Below are positions 18,199-20,000 of a stretch of 20,000 nt of DNA, piece by piece; position 1 is the stretch's first letter; each line of letters starts with the position of its first letter. The notes below the pieces were generated by a model that saw nothing but the letters and a program-made list of their open reading frames with translations, had not been told where the DNA came from and did not search any database. This DNA is from an uncultured virus (IMG/VR IMGVR_UViG_3300036985_007154). Lineage: Duplodnaviria > Heunggongvirae > Uroviricota > Caudoviricetes. Both the position numbers and the translations under genes were made by a program. The stretch lies in the IMG/VR virus record IMGVR_UViG_3300036985_007154; one strand, written 5' to 3'.

Positions 18199-20000
18199 AT
18201 GAGCTTTAACTATCAAAATCCAATAGCAGGAACAATCAACGAAGGGCCAATCGGTGTTGCTCTTGATAATAGTAATGGTACAAACTTTAGTGTGTACTCC
18301 ATTGGGGGTTACATGGAAGTTTATTCACATCAAGACTTAAATTATACAATACCTCCAGGAACTGTAGGACAAGTATTGTATTCAGGAAATACAATTCCAA
18401 TTGCATTTAATTATAATGCTCCAATATCAATACCTAATGTTGTAACACTTAATAGTGATGAAATATCTTCAGGTAGAAGACGTGTAGGTATGATGGTATA
18501 TGTTATATCTGCGGATACCACATATCAATATATAATTGATGATTATGCAACGTTATGGAATAATGCTGAAACTTCAGGATCTCTTGGATTTGATGGATTT
18601 GGATGGACATGTGAGGATAGTACCGAAGCGGGTACTGTGTTTTTAAATGCATGGACAGGTTCGACTATTGAAGGTGTTAGTGGTGTTACAAGAGAAAACG
18701 CGAGATGGAAAGTTGCTAATTTGAATGATACAGTTATTACTGGTGGTACATATTTTTCAGCCACTACAACTTTAGAATTATACGAAAACTATGGTCAAAC
18801 CATCACAGTTACAGGATTTACAGGAACAGTAACGGGAGGAACATATAATAGTGGTACTTCAACGTTATCTCTTAATAATAGTGATGGTAGTGTAGTATCA
18901 ATTACAGGTATTACTTCAGGGTCTGGATCGGCCTTATCCGTTGGAGATGGTGGAGCGCCAGTAACTAATGTTTCAGGAATTACATTTAGTGGAGCTTCGG
19001 TTATAAATGATGGTGGTGGAAACATTACAGTAGTAATAACAGGAGGAACTAGTGGAACATCAGGTTCATCAGGAACTAGTGGAACATCAGGTACAAGTGG
19101 AATAGATGGTACCTCAGGAACTAGCGGAACATCTGGTACTTCAGGTACAAGTGGAATAGATGGAACATCAGGTACTTCAGGTACTAGCGGAATAGATGGT
19201 ACATCAGGTACAAGTGGCACTTCAGGAATAGATGGAACATCAGGTACTTCAGGTACTAGCGGAATAGATGGTACTTCAGGAACTAGTGGTACTTCAGGTA
19301 CAGATGGTACCTCAGGAACTAGCGGAACTTCAGGAACTAGCGGAATAGATGGAACATCAGGTACAGATGGAACTTCAGGAACTAGCGGAATAGATGGAAC
19401 ATCAGGAACTAGCGGAATAGATGGAACATCAGGTACTTCAGGAATAGATGGAACATCAGGTACAAGTGGTACTTCAGGAATAGATGGAACATCAGGTACT
19501 TCAGGTACAAGTGGAACAGACGGAACTTCAGGTACTAGCGGAACATCAGGTACAAGTGGTACTTCAGGAATAGATGGTACCTCAGGTACTTCAGGTACAA
19601 GTGGAATAGACGGAACATCAGGTACTAGTGGAACATCAGGTTCTTCAGGGTTATCTGGAGTAAATGGTACTTCAGGTTCATCAGGTACTAGTGGAACATC
19701 TGGTACCTCAGGAACTAGCGGAATAGATGGAACATCAGGAACTAGCGGAATAGACGGAACCTCAGGTACAGATGGAACATCAGGTACAAGTGGAATAGAT
19801 GGAACATCAGGTACTTCAGGAACTAGCGGAATAGACGGTACCTCAGGTACAAGTGGTACTTCAGGAATAGATGGAACATCAGGTACATCAGGCACTAGCG
19901 GAATAGATGGTACATCAGGAACTAGTGGAACAGACGGTACATCAGGTACTAGTGGAATAGATGGAACTAGTGGTACGTCAGGAACAAGTGGAATAGATGG
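18199..20000 (+). CDS. Collagen-like (Gly-X-Y) tail fibre/appendage protein, 3'-truncated; absent from the ORF track
   Basis: ATG at 18199 (MSFNYQNPIAGTINEGPIGV...), with frame 1 open to the window end. N-domain contains GGYMEV and SSGRRRVGMMVYV, followed by two TGGTY repeats and then (GTS/GID/GTD)n from 19045. Confidence 0.85.
   Translation, partial: MSFNYQNPIAGTINEGPIGVALDNSNGTNFSVYSIGGYMEVYSHQDLNYTIPPGTVGQVLYSGNTIPIAFNYNAPISIPNVVTLNSDEISSGRRRVGMMVYVISADTTYQYIIDDYATLWNNAETSGSLGFDGFGWTCEDSTEAGTVFLNAWTGSTIEGVSGVTRENARWKVANLNDTVITGGTYFSATTTLELYENYGQTITVTGFTGTVTGGTYNSGTSTLSLNNSDGSVVSITGITSGSGSALSVGDGGAPVTNVSGITFSGASVINDGGGNITVVITGGTSGTSGSSGTSGTSGTSGIDGTSGTSGTSGTSGTSGIDGTSGTSGTSGIDGTSGTSGTSGIDGTSGTSGTSGIDGTSGTSGTSGTDGTSGTSGTSGTSGIDGTSGTDGTSGTSGIDGTSGTSGIDGTSGTSGIDGTSGTSGTSGIDGTSGTSGTSGTDGTSGTSGTSGTSGTSGIDGTSGTSGTSGIDGTSGTSGTSGSSGLSGVNGTSGSSGTSGTSGTSGTSGIDGTSGTSGIDGTSGTDGTSGTSGIDGTSGTSGTSGIDGTSGTSGTSGIDGTSGTSGTSGIDGTSGTSGTDGTSGTSGIDGTSGTSGTSGID
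18733..18912 (+). repeat. Two tandem 31-aa coding repeats
   Basis: VITGGTYFSATTTLELYENYGQTITVTGF (18733) and TVTGGTYNSGTSTLSLNNSDGSVVSITGI (18826), period 93 nt. Confidence 0.7.
19045..20000 (+). repeat. 9-bp-unit coding repeat: 106 Gly-X-Y triplets, continuing past the window
   Basis: Units such as GGAACATCA, GGTACTTCA, GGAACTAGC, GGTACAAGT and GGAATAGAT. The Gly register holds at 19045, 19261, 19441, 19621, 19801 and 19981. Confidence 0.95.

Larger units (their letters stand above)
1..20000 (+). mobile_element. Phage virion morphogenesis region (baseplate and tail fibres/appendages) of a large myovirus-like phage
   Basis: Two baseplate-wedge-like genes, followed by repeat-rich fibre-like genes. 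All genes are co-directional and tightly overlapped, with no cellular housekeeping genes. An extracellular contractile injection system locus cannot be fully excluded from this window alone. Confidence 0.85.

Noticed and set aside
784..18764. Short ORFs (60-103 aa) nested in or antisense to the long genes, e.g. 784..1020, 3023..3334, 10310..10609, 18543..18764
   Set aside because: Fully overlapped by long coherent genes, with no recognisable motifs; expected by chance.
18795..19895. 366-aa minus-strand ORF (PDVPSIPLVPEV...)
   Set aside because: Antisense shadow of the Gly-X-Y repeat: Gly codons read as Pro on the other strand. The + strand frame has a proper start and a complex N-terminal domain.
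16749..20000. CRISPR array interpretation of the tandem repeats
   Set aside because: The repeats are in-frame coding units with synonymous variation and no unique spacers; no cas genes are present.
1..20000. Stop-codon reassignment as in some large phages
   Set aside because: Genes are long and intact under the standard code, ending in TAA or TGA, and no gene is broken by in-frame TAG or TGA.

Overview
AT-rich, gene-dense window in which every credible gene is on the + strand, mostly joined by overlapping stop/start codons. It reads as the baseplate and tail-appendage module of a large contractile-tailed (myovirus-like) phage, probably of a Bacteroidota host (inferred from SprB-type repeats and no Shine-Dalgarno sites). 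In order: the 3' part of a T4 gp6/baseplate-J-like wedge gene; a 1627-aa protein with two long hydrophobic segments and a Cys cluster; four uncharacterised proteins (one with a PKD-like domain); a gp7/P2-gpI-like wedge protein; a 7x SprB-repeat protein; a small Cys-periodic protein; a Thr/Pro-stalk protein; and a proline-free Gly-X-Y fibre gene that runs off the right edge and is absent from the ORF track. Main observations: (1) a paralogous C-terminal domain shared by the wedge protein and the SprB-repeat protein, (2) a TATTTAT motif 23-24 nt upstream of the ATG in all three long intergenic gaps, (3) three different stalk/adhesin architectures clustered together. All family assignments come from motifs recognised by eye; no searches were run.
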